From: Candidatus Hodarchaeota archaeon
Lineage (GTDB): Archaea > Asgardarchaeota > Heimdallarchaeia > Hodarchaeales > Hodarchaeaceae
Length of the DNA: 64,000 bases
Direction: 5' to 3'
Assembly: GCA_016839815.1 (NCBI GenBank)
Contig: JAEOTM010000032.1
Coordinates: 32,001 to 96,000, forward strand
Under the pieces are notes generated by a model. The model saw nothing but the letters and a program-made list of their open reading frames with translations. It made no database searches and was not told the DNA's origin. Positions 39,963 through 50,201 of this stretch are shown piece by piece. Every line of letters starts with the position of its first letter. Within the stretch, counting starts at the first letter, position 1. The translations under genes and the position numbers were made by a program.

Positions 39963-40166
39963 ATGGCAGGATTTGCAAGTGCTCGCGTAGAGAAACTTAT
40001 TCGTAATGCTGGTGCACGTCGTGTATCCGCAGATGCAATTGCTCGTCTTAATGAGGTTTTAACCGATTATGGTATGAACCTCGCTAAATACGCAGTTGAA
40101 ATTGCCCGTCACTCTGGTCGAAAGACCGTTAAGGAAAATGACGTTAAATTAGCCGCAACCAAATAA
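39963..40166 (+). CDS. Archaeal histone (HMf-type, tail-less)
   Basis: ARVEKLIRNAGARRVS..A...A.HSGRKTVK..DV histone fold; CGT-biased Arg codons. Confidence 0.95.
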   Translation: MAGFASARVEKLIRNAGARRVSADAIARLNEVLTDYGMNLAKYAVEIARHSGRKTVKENDVKLAATK

Positions 40167-40192
40167 GGTTAACACTAATTACACGTTCTTAT

Positions 40193-40215
40193 ATCCTTTA
40201 TCCCCCTTTTTTTTA
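40193..40215 (+). terminator. Pyrimidine/oligo-T terminator after the histone gene
   Basis: ATCCTTTATCCCCCTTTTTTTT tract about 30 nt after the stop. Confidence 0.5.
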
Positions 40216-40254
40216 TACTAAACAACCTGACAGATAATAGTGAGCAATGAAAAA

Positions 40255-40668
40255 TTAGTTTTCAATCGGGCGTTCTTCCCGTGTAACCGATTTAAGTTTT
40301 TCAGTTTGAAGTTGCTGTATTCGATCTATTTCAGCGAGTAGATTGCGTATACTAGTTGGTTTAGTAAAAAAGCCAATAGCACCCGATTCCAATGCTTCTT
40401 TTTCAACACGTTTTTCCGCAGAAACAAACAAAACTTTAGCATGAGGATTTTTCTTTAATATTTCTTTCATAGCAACGAGGCCATCAAGAACTGGCATACG
40501 ATAATCCATGATAATAATATCTGGCTTAATAGGAAGTTCTGAGAATTTTTCAATCGCTTCTTTCCCGTTACTGGCACTATCTACAACATCGTGACCTTCC
40601 ATCATTAATAATTTGGAATAGATCATGAGTAAATCTCTTTCATCGTCTACTAAGAGAATCCGTGCCAT
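40255..40668 (-). CDS. Single-domain response regulator receiver
   Basis: LVDDE, IMDYRMP.LDG, SA and KP motifs. Confidence 0.92.
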   Translation of the reverse strand: MARILLVDDERDLLMIYSKLLMMEGHDVVDSASNGKEAIEKFSELPIKPDIIIMDYRMPVLDGLVAMKEILKKNPHAKVLFVSAEKRVEKEALESGAIGFFTKPTSIRNLLAEIDRIQQLQTEKLKSVTREERPIEN

Positions 40669-40906
40669 TATTAATCCTCAATCTGATAGAATATATCGAT
40701 TTAATGCGATTTTTTTTTTGAGAATAACATTTAGGGTGTCATGTTTAGTAATTTCTATATTGCGTCACTATATTTATTAAACTCACTATATAAATTCGAA
40801 GAATTATAAGAAAATACTGTGAAGGGATTCATTCTCTTTCTAATTATGATACTCACATTAAGCAAAAATGATTTTATTAAATTGAAGGAGTTACTAGAGT
40901 TTTAGC

Positions 40907-41536
40907 CTAGATTAAATCTAACGCATCTTTCAATTGATCTTTTTCTTTGTCTGTAAGGCCTTCCTTGCTAGGAATTAACAAATCAGATTCCCCTGTAAGG
41001 GACATAGAAATCTGGAGTGATTTATCAAGATAGTAAGAAGCTTTTTCTTCCATCTTTTTATGCTTATAAGCAGCTGAAATAATATATAAACTAGTAGCAA
41101 TTCCCTTTACATATCCGATATCCTGAGTGACTTCTAAAGCTTCCTCAGTGAAATCAAAGGCCTTTATGAAATCCTTTCTCTCCATAGCAAGGACCCAAGC
41201 TAAATTCAACAACGCCTCAGCCGTCCCACGTTTATATTTGTGCACACGAGCGTTTGTTAATGCTGTAGCTGTTACTTCCAAGAATTGCTCGAATGCGTTG
41301 TTCTTCCAATGAAGAATACCAAGAGCATTCTGAACATCAATTTCAGGGATAACACTTTCCAGTTTAGCTGCTTCTTTTAGTGTCTCTTCTAATAGTAAAA
41401 TCGCTTTTGAATAAGCTCCTTCTTCTGCAAGGGAAACAGATTTATTTAGTATCGCCTTGAACTTATCGATTACCTTGGGGTCGAGTTTTTTCTTCTGGTC
41501 GGCCATTTTGCTCACTTTGCGAGCTCTGAGAAGCAA
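40907..41536 (-). CDS. TPR-repeat protein (probable start ATG 41506)
   Basis: NALGILHW, ALLNLAW and ATSLYIISAAY TPR-like helices. Confidence 0.75.
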   Translation of the reverse strand: MLLRARKVSKMADQKKKLDPKVIDKFKAILNKSVSLAEEGAYSKAILLLEETLKEAAKLESVIPEIDVQNALGILHWKNNAFEQFLEVTATALTNARVHKYKRGTAEALLNLAWVLAMERKDFIKAFDFTEEALEVTQDIGYVKGIATSLYIISAAYKHKKMEEKASYYLDKSLQISMSLTGESDLLIPSKEGLTDKEKDQLKDALDLI

Positions 41537-41765
41537 TCTGTTCCTTACTTCTGTATTCCTTTGCTATTCAGCAGCGGTTTTCTGAATTCATTACTACGTC
41601 TTTTTCATATTGCACTACCTAAATAATATTTCCTATTAGAGTTCACTCTTTGATGACCAATACACATACACTTTTTGAGATCTAGTACAAAATGATGGAT
41701 TTCAACTATCATTATTGGGTGGTATGTTTAGTACCTGAATTCTAGGCCGTGGATGGTGTAAAATA

Positions 41766-42482
41766 GTGCAATGCTCAGGAAATTATGTGGTGGGAAAATT
41801 TCTTAACAGGCCAAATAGATTTCTTGCTGAAATTCAAATTTCTCCTTCAGAAGAAGTTCATTTAGCTCATGTCCCTGATCCTGGTCGTTTACGTGAACTA
41901 CTAATTCCAAGTGTACAGGTCCTTCTAGAAAAACATGATAATCCAAGAAGAAAAACTAGATTCTCTTTAGTAGGAGTGAATTATAATTCTACCTGGGTGA
42001 ATATAGATTCACAGCTCAGTAATCGTCTTTTCAAAGAGGAATATTATAAGATTAAGCGGTATCAGGGATTTAAGCTATTAAAATCAGAGTTCACTTTTCA
42101 AAAATCGAGATTTGACTTTCTGATGGAGGATCGAACTGACACACTAGATTCCAAGAAAGTATTGATTGAAGTTAAAAGTGCAACACTGGTAAAGGGAACT
42201 ACTGCGATGTTTCCTGATGCACCGACATTACGAGGAACTCGACATGTAAAGGAACTTATTGACGCTTTATCCTGTGGGTATAGTGCTGAGATAGTATTTT
42301 TAACAAAACGAAACGACGCTAAGAATTTCAAACCATATAAGGAGATGGATCCGCCTTTTTATGAGGCCCTAGTGCAAGCAAAAGCGGTAGGAGTTAATTT
42401 ATGCGCAATAATTTGTATTTACGACCCAATTGTATCAAAAACAATATCAATCTTAAAAGAGATTCCCATAATTGGTGTTTAA
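41766..42482 (+). CDS. sfsA: SfsA family nuclease-fold protein
   Basis: RPNRF, HVPDPGRL.ELL, SRFDF, EVKS.TL and FPDAPT.RG.RH motifs. Confidence 0.93.
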   Translation: MQCSGNYVVGKFLNRPNRFLAEIQISPSEEVHLAHVPDPGRLRELLIPSVQVLLEKHDNPRRKTRFSLVGVNYNSTWVNIDSQLSNRLFKEEYYKIKRYQGFKLLKSEFTFQKSRFDFLMEDRTDTLDSKKVLIEVKSATLVKGTTAMFPDAPTLRGTRHVKELIDALSCGYSAEIVFLTKRNDAKNFKPYKEMDPPFYEALVQAKAVGVNLCAIICIYDPIVSKTISILKEIPIIGV

Positions 42483-42666
42483 ACTTATATGGTTTTAAAA
42501 TGGGAATATTAATCCATTTTTAACTTTATTTTCAGGTTCTCCTCGATGAAGGTTAAAAATATTTCATTTTCTTGATTTCAGGAGCTTTGAAAACGAATAA
42601 ACTATGGAATATTACTTAAACGTAGGTTTTTCACACATTTATATTAAGTCATAGAAATCGCTAAGA

Positions 42667-43782
42667 ATGACGGTAACGAGAGTGTGGGAACATGTTATTG
42701 CCCATGTGGATCTAGACGCCTTTTTCGCGAGTGTACATATAAAAATTTCTCCTTTTTTAAAGTCTTATCCTGTTATAATTGGTTCAGATCCTCAAGCAGG
42801 GAAAGGAAGGGGTGTTGTATCTACATGTTCCTACGAAGCAAGAAAATTTGGGCTTCATTCTGGAATGCCAATTTCAACAGCATATAGACTCTGTCCAGAT
42901 GGAATATATGTCTGTTCAGGGAGAGAGGTTTCCTTTACTAATTATCATTCAGAATCTGAAAAAGTAATGGCCATTCTAAAGCATTATAGTCCTATATTCC
43001 AAAGTGCGGGTTTGGATGAGGCGTATTTAGACATAACTAATGAATGGACTAAGTATGGAGACACTCCAGAAGCAATCGCTCTAGATATTCAGTCAAGGAT
43101 CCAGAAAGAACTCGCACTACCAATTTCAGTAGGTATTTCAGAGACAAAGTCAATTGCAAAAATTGCTTCTGATCTAAACAAACCCAACGGAATCGCAATA
43201 GTGCCGAATGAAAAGATACCTGAAATTCTTTACTCCTTACCAGTAAGAAAAATTATTGGAGTGGGGAAAAAAACCGAACAGGTTCTTATCCGTAAGGGTT
43301 TAAAGACAATCGGAGATATCGCGCTTACTTCCCGAGAAAAACTCTTCCTCTTGTTAGGAGATTATGGTTTACATTTACAAAAAGTTGTTCATGGGAAGAA
43401 TTTTCGTCCTGTTGGTTACTTTAGAGGGGAGAGAAAATCAATAAGTTCAGAAAGAACCTTTCGAACAGATCAAAATGACTGGAATATTATAGATTCTAAG
43501 GTCAGAGAAATCACAAAGAAACTAGTGAATAGGTTACAGAAGTATCATCTTTTGACAAGAACAATTAGCATCAAAATTCGTTTCGAAGGATATGTCACAT
43601 ACACCCGTAGTTCTAGCTTTACGAATTATCTCAACGCTAAATCAGTTATTCTGAGAAAGACAAACTCTTTATTAGAAGAATTTAGAACATCACCCAAAAA
43701 AGTTCGTTTAATCGGAGTTAGAGTATCGAATTTAAAGAAACAAGGTGGTCAAAAGGAATTATCTCTATTTCTTCTCGAATGA
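42667..43782 (+). CDS. dinB: Y-family DNA polymerase IV
   Basis: HVDLDAFFASV, SYEARKFG..SGMP, LDEAYLD, KIASD.NKPNG and RLIGV motifs. Confidence 0.95.
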   Translation: MTVTRVWEHVIAHVDLDAFFASVHIKISPFLKSYPVIIGSDPQAGKGRGVVSTCSYEARKFGLHSGMPISTAYRLCPDGIYVCSGREVSFTNYHSESEKVMAILKHYSPIFQSAGLDEAYLDITNEWTKYGDTPEAIALDIQSRIQKELALPISVGISETKSIAKIASDLNKPNGIAIVPNEKIPEILYSLPVRKIIGVGKKTEQVLIRKGLKTIGDIALTSREKLFLLLGDYGLHLQKVVHGKNFRPVGYFRGERKSISSERTFRTDQNDWNIIDSKVREITKKLVNRLQKYHLLTRTISIKIRFEGYVTYTRSSSFTNYLNAKSVILRKTNSLLEEFRTSPKKVRLIGVRVSNLKKQGGQKELSLFLLE

Positions 43783-43905
43783 AGAAAATAAGTCAGATTT
43801 AACTCAAATTACTCCATCATCTAGCTCTGAGTATTCAAGAACCTTAAAAAAATTTAAGCACCTAGACAACATTATCTCAATGTAATTATACCGAGGTTTC
43901 CTACA

Positions 43906-45471
43906 ATGGTATACCGATTATCAAAAATGCGTTTTAAAACACAAATACTCTTTTTCTGTGTAATATGGATATTTTCAGCTATTCTAGCGATTTCAGGTGC
44001 AATGGTCATCACTACTGCAGCCATCCTACCAAGCACTCCTTATGATATCCGAGAAAACCCATTAGTTAGCGAGATTAGACAAGATATGGGTCCTTGGCAA
44101 AATTGGAATTATTATAATGAAGAATCTGGAATGTGGTATCAACATGTAACCGTTCAAGATCAGGAAGGAAAATTAGTGGCATATGAGTCAGGAGGAGATC
44201 GGATTCCTGACTTTCGGCCATATCGACTAGAAGAAGTGAGAGAGAATGGATTGGTAGTCTTTTTCACAGATGTAAAAATTCTTAACTTCTTTTACAATGA
44301 CCCTAACACAAATAATTTTACACACTATGCCGTGAATATCGGTTTTCGTGAAGCGATATGGGTAGATATTGTTAGACATGAGTTAATCCCCCACTATCAG
44401 CCTCATAAATCATTTCCAATTTTTCTTGCAGGTGCAGACGGAACAACAAGTGGAGCTGATCGTGCTGAAGAAGAGTCCCTAGGGAAGTACTACGTTGTCA
44501 GTAATCGACCAATTTTAGATTGGTTAAAACAAATAATTACTGAGATCAGTGAGAATTTTGTTAGAGAGTTCTTTTTTGTGGGAAATTTACTACTAATTAC
44601 AGTAGCAGTTGGTGGAGGAGCTAGTATTCTCACATCCTTTGCATTGATAATATTTCGTATCGTACGTCTTTTAGGAGGTAGGTTTTGGACATATACCGTA
44701 TTAAAAATGCTAAATGGTAGAACCGGTAAGATAATTGGATATATTCCTTTCTTTGACTTTGATGGTGAGACATACATTGAAGAAAGCTTTGTAAATACCA
44801 TCAATCTTTCAGGTGTTCGGTCTACACTTGGGGAATTATATAGACAGAGAGCTTATGATATCTTATTCTTTCCTACAGCATTAGCAGCTATTCTTACAAT
44901 ATTTTTTGTGCAAAATTCTCCCCTTGAAAATAAATCTCTTGCCCTTGCTTGGAGTCCTATTCTTTCTCCGTTTGTCTTACTTATTCTGATGTTTTATTTC
45001 CCAGTTATTTGGAGTTTTAATGAAGGTGGATTTAAACGTATTCAATCAAGTCCACAAGGAGATCTTATTGCCGTAAAACCTCTTGGGAAAATATTAAGAG
45101 ATGGATTAGGTATTATCTTTGGATTTTCTGGCTTAATATCACTTGGAGCACTAGCAATTCAAGTAACAGAGAGTTTTGCGGGTCAAGCTACTTCCTCTGA
45201 AGGTATTCAAGTAGCTGGATTCTCCTTGGACTTATTTGGAATCGCATTACTTGTACTATGGACAATTGGCCTTTTTCTGATTCTTCTTGCATCAGTACTT
45301 GTTGGTGCATCATTGATTGCAGTTGCATACCTTCAATCAACTCATCTAAACACCATTAAAGAACTAAGAGAAAGAGCTGAAAAAGATAAAGTGATAAGTA
45401 ACTTTGGATCTCTATCCACCCAATTCAAACCTAAAGGTATCGAAACGATCTATTCTATCGATAATGAATGA
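43906..45471 (+). CDS. Multi-pass membrane protein with a large extracytoplasmic loop
   Basis: One N-terminal TM, a ~180-aa soluble region, then about 6 hydrophobic helices. Confidence 0.7.
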   Translation: MVYRLSKMRFKTQILFFCVIWIFSAILAISGAMVITTAAILPSTPYDIRENPLVSEIRQDMGPWQNWNYYNEESGMWYQHVTVQDQEGKLVAYESGGDRIPDFRPYRLEEVRENGLVVFFTDVKILNFFYNDPNTNNFTHYAVNIGFREAIWVDIVRHELIPHYQPHKSFPIFLAGADGTTSGADRAEEESLGKYYVVSNRPILDWLKQIITEISENFVREFFFVGNLLLITVAVGGGASILTSFALIIFRIVRLLGGRFWTYTVLKMLNGRTGKIIGYIPFFDFDGETYIEESFVNTINLSGVRSTLGELYRQRAYDILFFPTALAAILTIFFVQNSPLENKSLALAWSPILSPFVLLILMFYFPVIWSFNEGGFKRIQSSPQGDLIAVKPLGKILRDGLGIIFGFSGLISLGALAIQVTESFAGQATSSEGIQVAGFSLDLFGIALLVLWTIGLFLILLASVLVGASLIAVAYLQSTHLNTIKELRERAEKDKVISNFGSLSTQFKPKGIETIYSIDNE

Positions 45472-45643
45472 GCATTAACTAGATTAATTATAGTTAACTT
45501 ATATCTCATTCTTTCTTTTTTTTTTAATTTTCAATCTAAAAACAGATTACGATTATCAAAAACAATCAACGATTGAGAATCTGCGATGCCCGAAAGAAAG
45601 TCATATTAAAAGATTAGTGAGTAAGGCCAGATAGGTAATATTA

Positions 45644-46174
45644 GTGGATAAAATACAGCTTCGTGAGTTTTTTGAAGAATATGAAACTATAGATGCAAAT
45701 AACTACTCCCATCTTTTTGATCTAATTAGGAGAATAGTGAGCAGAGTTCTAAGAAAATCACGACCAGGCATTTTATTAGGATTAGAAGATTTAGGTTTTC
45801 ATCCTCAGGGGTTTGTTGGAGGCTATCACCGAGTTGGTACAAACGAAATATATCTAAACAGAAATGTATTACAGATGATGCGAGAAGAAACTCCTAAAGA
45901 TCATTATAAAGCCTACCTATTTCATCTGCTCCTTCATGAGTACATTCACTCAATAGGAGTCATCGATGAGCATAAAACTAGAGATTTTACAGCAATAATC
46001 TCAAGAGCAATATTTGATACAAAGCATCCTGTGTATAAAATTGCAGCTTGGGGTCTTAACGCTCTCTTCCCCCATGAATTTTACGAGGGACACTTTGAAC
46101 CTGAAGAGCATACTCCAAGAAATATTGAATTCATACAACTAGAACATCATGATAGTCGATTAACATATATCTGA
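45644..46174 (+). CDS. Minimal zincin-type metallopeptidase
   Basis: GGYH..GTNEIYLN, LLHEYIHSIG and a downstream E. Confidence 0.75.
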   Translation: MDKIQLREFFEEYETIDANNYSHLFDLIRRIVSRVLRKSRPGILLGLEDLGFHPQGFVGGYHRVGTNEIYLNRNVLQMMREETPKDHYKAYLFHLLLHEYIHSIGVIDEHKTRDFTAIISRAIFDTKHPVYKIAAWGLNALFPHEFYEGHFEPEEHTPRNIEFIQLEHHDSRLTYI

Positions 46175-46327
46175 CGTCAAACTTCGGTAATAAATAGCCT
46201 AGTTCCTTCTAGGTGTCATTTTTTTGGTACTTCCCGATTTCCCTCAATAATCCACCCTTTCTGTTTGAAGCTTAACTTCATAGTAGAACAACTTTTAAAT
46301 TCCAAAAGAAATTACTGAGGTTGTGAA

Positions 46328-46576
46328 TTGGTTATTGTGAAAAAAATCGGCGGATTAGCAAAGGGAGCTACAAAGGGAGTAGTAAAAGAGGCAATGAGTA
46401 CTGTATTACAAACAGCTGTAAAAGAAATTATCGTAGAAACTGGTGCAAAAGACTTAGCGAAAGAACAACTACTCGATGCTGGAAAAAAGATTATGGGAGA
46501 TAAATCTATCCCAAATAAACAAAAAATTGAGAAAGAAATCTTAAAAACACTGATTAAAAAAGAATTAGGATTATAG
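46328..46576 (+). CDS. Small Lys-rich helical hypothetical protein
   Basis: 82-aa ORF with a GAGGT RBS and amphipathic pattern. Confidence 0.55.
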   Translation: MVIVKKIGGLAKGATKGVVKEAMSTVLQTAVKEIIVETGAKDLAKEQLLDAGKKIMGDKSIPNKQKIEKEILKTLIKKELGL

Positions 46577-46654
46577 AAGACATTAGAGACTTAATCCTAA
46601 AATAATCATCTGTTATCTATTTTTCATATAAATTCACTTTAAAACGAAGAGGAC

Positions 46655-48859
46655 TTATATACTGTTTTTTCCTGAATTAATGGGATTTGTAACCTTAGTA
46701 CCTGGTTGATTATTAGCTACCGTATTCTGTAATAGAGACATAGATTCATTTCTCCATTTTTTTCTTTCTAAACGGATTTTCAAAGACGAGAGTTCCATAT
46801 AAATAGCGAGAATAAGTACTATGACAATATTTATTGTTGCATAAATATCTCCACTAAAATTCTTGGTAATAGACCCTAGAAATAAGCAAAACAGAAGGAT
46901 TCGACTAACATTCACGAAGAAGACCATTATTATCCCTTCAGGTTTCTTTCGTATGAATTGAAACCATTGAATAACAACCAAAATGAAAATTTGCAATCCT
47001 AGTGCTGCTACCAAGTGTCCACTCCAGATTGTAAATCCCCCAATCTGATATACAATAGAACTGTCATTCACCGCGCTGATAGAGTAGATAGGAATGTTAT
47101 AAGACCCATCTATACTTAATCCAGTCAGCAAAATTAACACGAAAAGTAGAATTTCATAAACCAAACCCGAAAGTAATGTAAATGAGATGAAGACAGCAGA
47201 AAGAAAAGAAAAAATTGGGCTTAGAATGAGATACAATAGTGTCCAAAGGGTAGAAATTAATTGAAATAGTCCCGATCCATTTTTTTGAGACCTAGAATCA
47301 CCAGAGACGTCACCAGGATGAATATGGGAACGACTATTTTGTATAACTGAAGATTGCGGGGAAATTTGTGTTGAAGTAGATTTGATTTCAGCTCGGGAAG
47401 GAGATTTTGAAGCAGTAGATTTCTGAATCTCCAGATGTGAAGAAGGTGAAACAGAATCACGACCTAAATAATGTAATCCACTGATTATTGATCTTTTTAA
47501 GGCAAGATGTCGTTGAAATCCCACCGTAATTTCGAAAATAAGGTAAGTGCATGGTAGTAGTAAACTTAGAAACACTCCATATGACCCAAAGTAGTCCCAA
47601 AAGTAGTCGTAGCTATATGCAACAAGCATCATTAATGAGCGAATACCGAGTAATCTACCAATCCAGAAACTAGAGCTATTCAACTTAAAGGAGGATCCAT
47701 TAATCTCATCTTCGGATGAAAAGCTGATTACTATCAATGCTATAAGGATTCCACTAGCTAATAAAAGATGGATAGATAAAACTGGTAACAATCGTTCGGT
47801 TTCAAAATAATAAAATTCGCTGATGAAAATGATCTCTCCCCATCCATACCCCCAAGCAAAGAAGAAACTAATCAGGAGAAAAATTCCACTAAGAAGCAAT
47901 GTAAGTCGTTCACCTGTGGAATAATCTTGAAAAGTCCCACTCCACTTGTTTAGTTTATTGTTCATATCTGATATTATCTCATTATTTTCTATTGAGTTGG
48001 CTAAAGCAATCAGTGAGGGAGAAATTGTTTGAATCCATAGCTGACTTTTTAACTGTCTTTCAAGCAATAATTCTCCCGCAATTAATATTGGAACAGCTAT
48101 TATGGCTTCCCAAGGTAATGGTAATAATGAGCCTTTGAGGAGGAGGATAAGAAAACCTATTCGTGCAATTGTGATTATAACAGTATCATCAGAAACTCTA
48201 GAAAATTCTCTTATTGCCATTCTTCTCTTCCATTTCAAGATTAACCATCCTTCAAAGAAGAGGAAAACCAAGAACCATAATATCGAAATGGAGAGATATT
48301 CCTCTATTAAATACTGAATATTACCATAAGAGAAAGTAGTTTGCCCCATGTAACCAAAAGGTCGTATTACTACCATTATTATAGCTGAAATATAGATGAA
48401 AGCTGATATAATTCTAAAAAATGCGAATATTTTGTTTCTTCGAAGCTGAGATAAATAACTAGCAGATATTCGGGGGGTAGAAAAGGCCTTTTTATGAGTA
48501 ATACCTTTAAATTTCTGATTTTCTTTCTGTTTTAATGGAATTGTTGTCGTTAGATCAACTTCCTCATCATCGGATTCTAAATACTGATCACATATTTCAG
48601 AGGGAGAACCACACTCTTCCATAGCCTGTAAAACATTTGAATGGGTAATAGTGACTTCTGTAGCAAGTTCATTGCTCCTAATATACATAAAGTCATTAAT
48701 CTCAGTAAGTAAGGTATCAATTTCATTTGGATGCATTTTACAGGTCGATTTCATATATTCCTCAATATTATCAATGTAAGAGCGAATTAATTCCCTTGCA
48801 TCAGTATTCATTTCTTTCAACTTAACTACCTCTTTCTTGCTTATAAGTGTGAATTTCAT
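46655..48859 (-). CDS. HAAS-domain multi-pass membrane protein (probable start near 48811-48820)
   Basis: N-terminal LI..YI..IE...EI..LL.EI...GSPSEI..QY (HAAS-like); about 12 TM helices; directly downstream of PadR. Confidence 0.7.
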   Translation of the reverse strand: MKFTLISKKEVVKLKEMNTDARELIRSYIDNIEEYMKSTCKMHPNEIDTLLTEINDFMYIRSNELATEVTITHSNVLQAMEECGSPSEICDQYLESDDEEVDLTTTIPLKQKENQKFKGITHKKAFSTPRISASYLSQLRRNKIFAFFRIISAFIYISAIIMVVIRPFGYMGQTTFSYGNIQYLIEEYLSISILWFLVFLFFEGWLILKWKRRMAIREFSRVSDDTVIITIARIGFLILLLKGSLLPLPWEAIIAVPILIAGELLLERQLKSQLWIQTISPSLIALANSIENNEIISDMNNKLNKWSGTFQDYSTGERLTLLLSGIFLLISFFFAWGYGWGEIIFISEFYYFETERLLPVLSIHLLLASGILIALIVISFSSEDEINGSSFKLNSSSFWIGRLLGIRSLMMLVAYSYDYFWDYFGSYGVFLSLLLPCTYLIFEITVGFQRHLALKRSIISGLHYLGRDSVSPSSHLEIQKSTASKSPSRAEIKSTSTQISPQSSVIQNSRSHIHPGDVSGDSRSQKNGSGLFQLISTLWTLLYLILSPIFSFLSAVFISFTLLSGLVYEILLFVLILLTGLSIDGSYNIPIYSISAVNDSSIVYQIGGFTIWSGHLVAALGLQIFILVVIQWFQFIRKKPEGIIMVFFVNVSRILLFCLFLGSITKNFSGDIYATINIVIVLILAIYMELSSLKIRLERKKWRNESMSLLQNTVANNQPGTKVTNPINSGKNSI

Positions 48860-49217
48860 TATACCAGTTTTGAATGGACATATGATAAGTAAAATATGTT
48901 TGAATCATTGATTCAATCATCTGTTCACCAGTAGTAGTAATAGTATATATTCTACGGGGCATACCTGGAGATTCTATGTCTTCAGCAATTATTGATGTAA
49001 TTAAACCGTCGAGTTCCATTCGTTTGAGCAATGGATATACAGTCCCAGCCTTCAATGGAATTTTAGTCTCTCTAAGCATCTTAATTAACCCATAACCATG
49101 CGCTTCTTCAGTATGTAAACGGATTAGTAACAAGATCATCAATTTTAATAATCCACGTCGTAAATCACGTTCCCAATTTTGGATAATAGTGGGAGCATCT
49201 CTGGAATCTGTGTCCAC
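48822..49217 (-). CDS. PadR family transcriptional regulator
   Basis: LRRGLL, HGYGL, GTVYPLLKRME.DGLI and RRIY.IT..G motifs. Confidence 0.93.
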   Translation of the reverse strand: MDTDSRDAPTIIQNWERDLRRGLLKLMILLLIRLHTEEAHGYGLIKMLRETKIPLKAGTVYPLLKRMELDGLITSIIAEDIESPGMPRRIYTITTTGEQMIESMIQTYFTYHMSIQNWYNEIHTYKQERGS

Positions 49218-49437
49218 GTTGCTTCTGTTACTATTTGACAGCTTTCATGCCCCAATGACGTTTTCTAATTAAATACTACTTATGTGAACCATTGGTTCTT
49301 GTGAGTATGTCTCTGTCAGTACACCTATATATATTGTACATCTATATTTAAGCTTAGAAAATGCGGCAAAAACAACCGTAATAAATTTTAAGAAACTTCT
49401 CATAATGTACTTAGATAAATCCTAAGAGAGGATTAAA

Positions 49438-50001
49438 GTGGTAAGATGCTTTGTATGCGTAGAAATCGCTGACTCAACAAATATTCAGACTATTGAGGAA
49501 GTTCTCATGAAATTAAAGCTGATCAGAGGGATCAGACCTGTTAAAACTAACCAGCTCCACCTTACTCTCAAATTTCTGGGTGAGATAGCAGAAAAAAAGC
49601 TTCCAAGTATCATTCAACAGCTCAAGACTATAAAAATTCCAACTTTTTCGTTAAAATTCTCCAGCATTGGTAGTTTCCCCAATAATGTAAGACCCCGAGT
49701 TATATGGACAGGATTAACGTTTGGTAACCAAGAATTAACCACATTGGCTAAAGAAGTTGACCAAAAACTTATGCAAATCGGCTTACCTAAAGAAAAAAGA
49801 CGCTTCTCACCTCATTTAACTCTTGGACGGGTTAAAAAGTTAACTAATGACACAAAACTGGAGTTAACTACATTTTTTCAAGAAATGAAAGAGCTTACAG
49901 GAGAGGAAGAGAAAATCACTCGATTTGTCTTTAAAGAAAGTATGTTAACTCCCTCTGGTGCAGTCTATAAAGACCTGGCGACATTCTCCCTAATCGAATA
50001 A
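49438..50001 (+). CDS. thpR: RNA 2',3'-cyclic phosphodiesterase (2H phosphoesterase)
   Basis: Two HxT motifs (HLTLKFLG, PHLTLGR), PRVIW and S.LTPSG.VY. Confidence 0.93.
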   Translation: MVRCFVCVEIADSTNIQTIEEVLMKLKLIRGIRPVKTNQLHLTLKFLGEIAEKKLPSIIQQLKTIKIPTFSLKFSSIGSFPNNVRPRVIWTGLTFGNQELTTLAKEVDQKLMQIGLPKEKRRFSPHLTLGRVKKLTNDTKLELTTFFQEMKELTGEEEKITRFVFKESMLTPSGAVYKDLATFSLIE

Positions 50002-50012
50002 CTTCTAGTTTT

Positions 50013-50201
50013 TCAGACCATTCGTCGGTTATCTTTTTGTTTAGCAATTACAGAGATATTTTCGAAATACACTTCTTGTTTACAGGGGTCACATAAATGT
50101 TTGTTCTTCTCTGTTGGATGGTCATATATCTTCAGACTTTCCGATTCTACCCGTCCACAGGTATCACAAACGGTTCTTCTACCTAACTTCAATGAATCCA
50201 T
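50013..50201 (-). CDS. Small zinc-finger protein
   Basis: 62 aa with CDTC...CDPC. Confidence 0.6.
   Translation of the reverse strand: MDSLKLGRRTVCDTCGRVESESLKIYDHPTEKNKHLCDPCKQEVYFENISVIAKQKDNRRMV

Noticed and set aside
38543-42482. MTase plus SfsA as a restriction-modification or defence system
   Set aside because: They are separated by unrelated genes, and SfsA is a common stand-alone gene.
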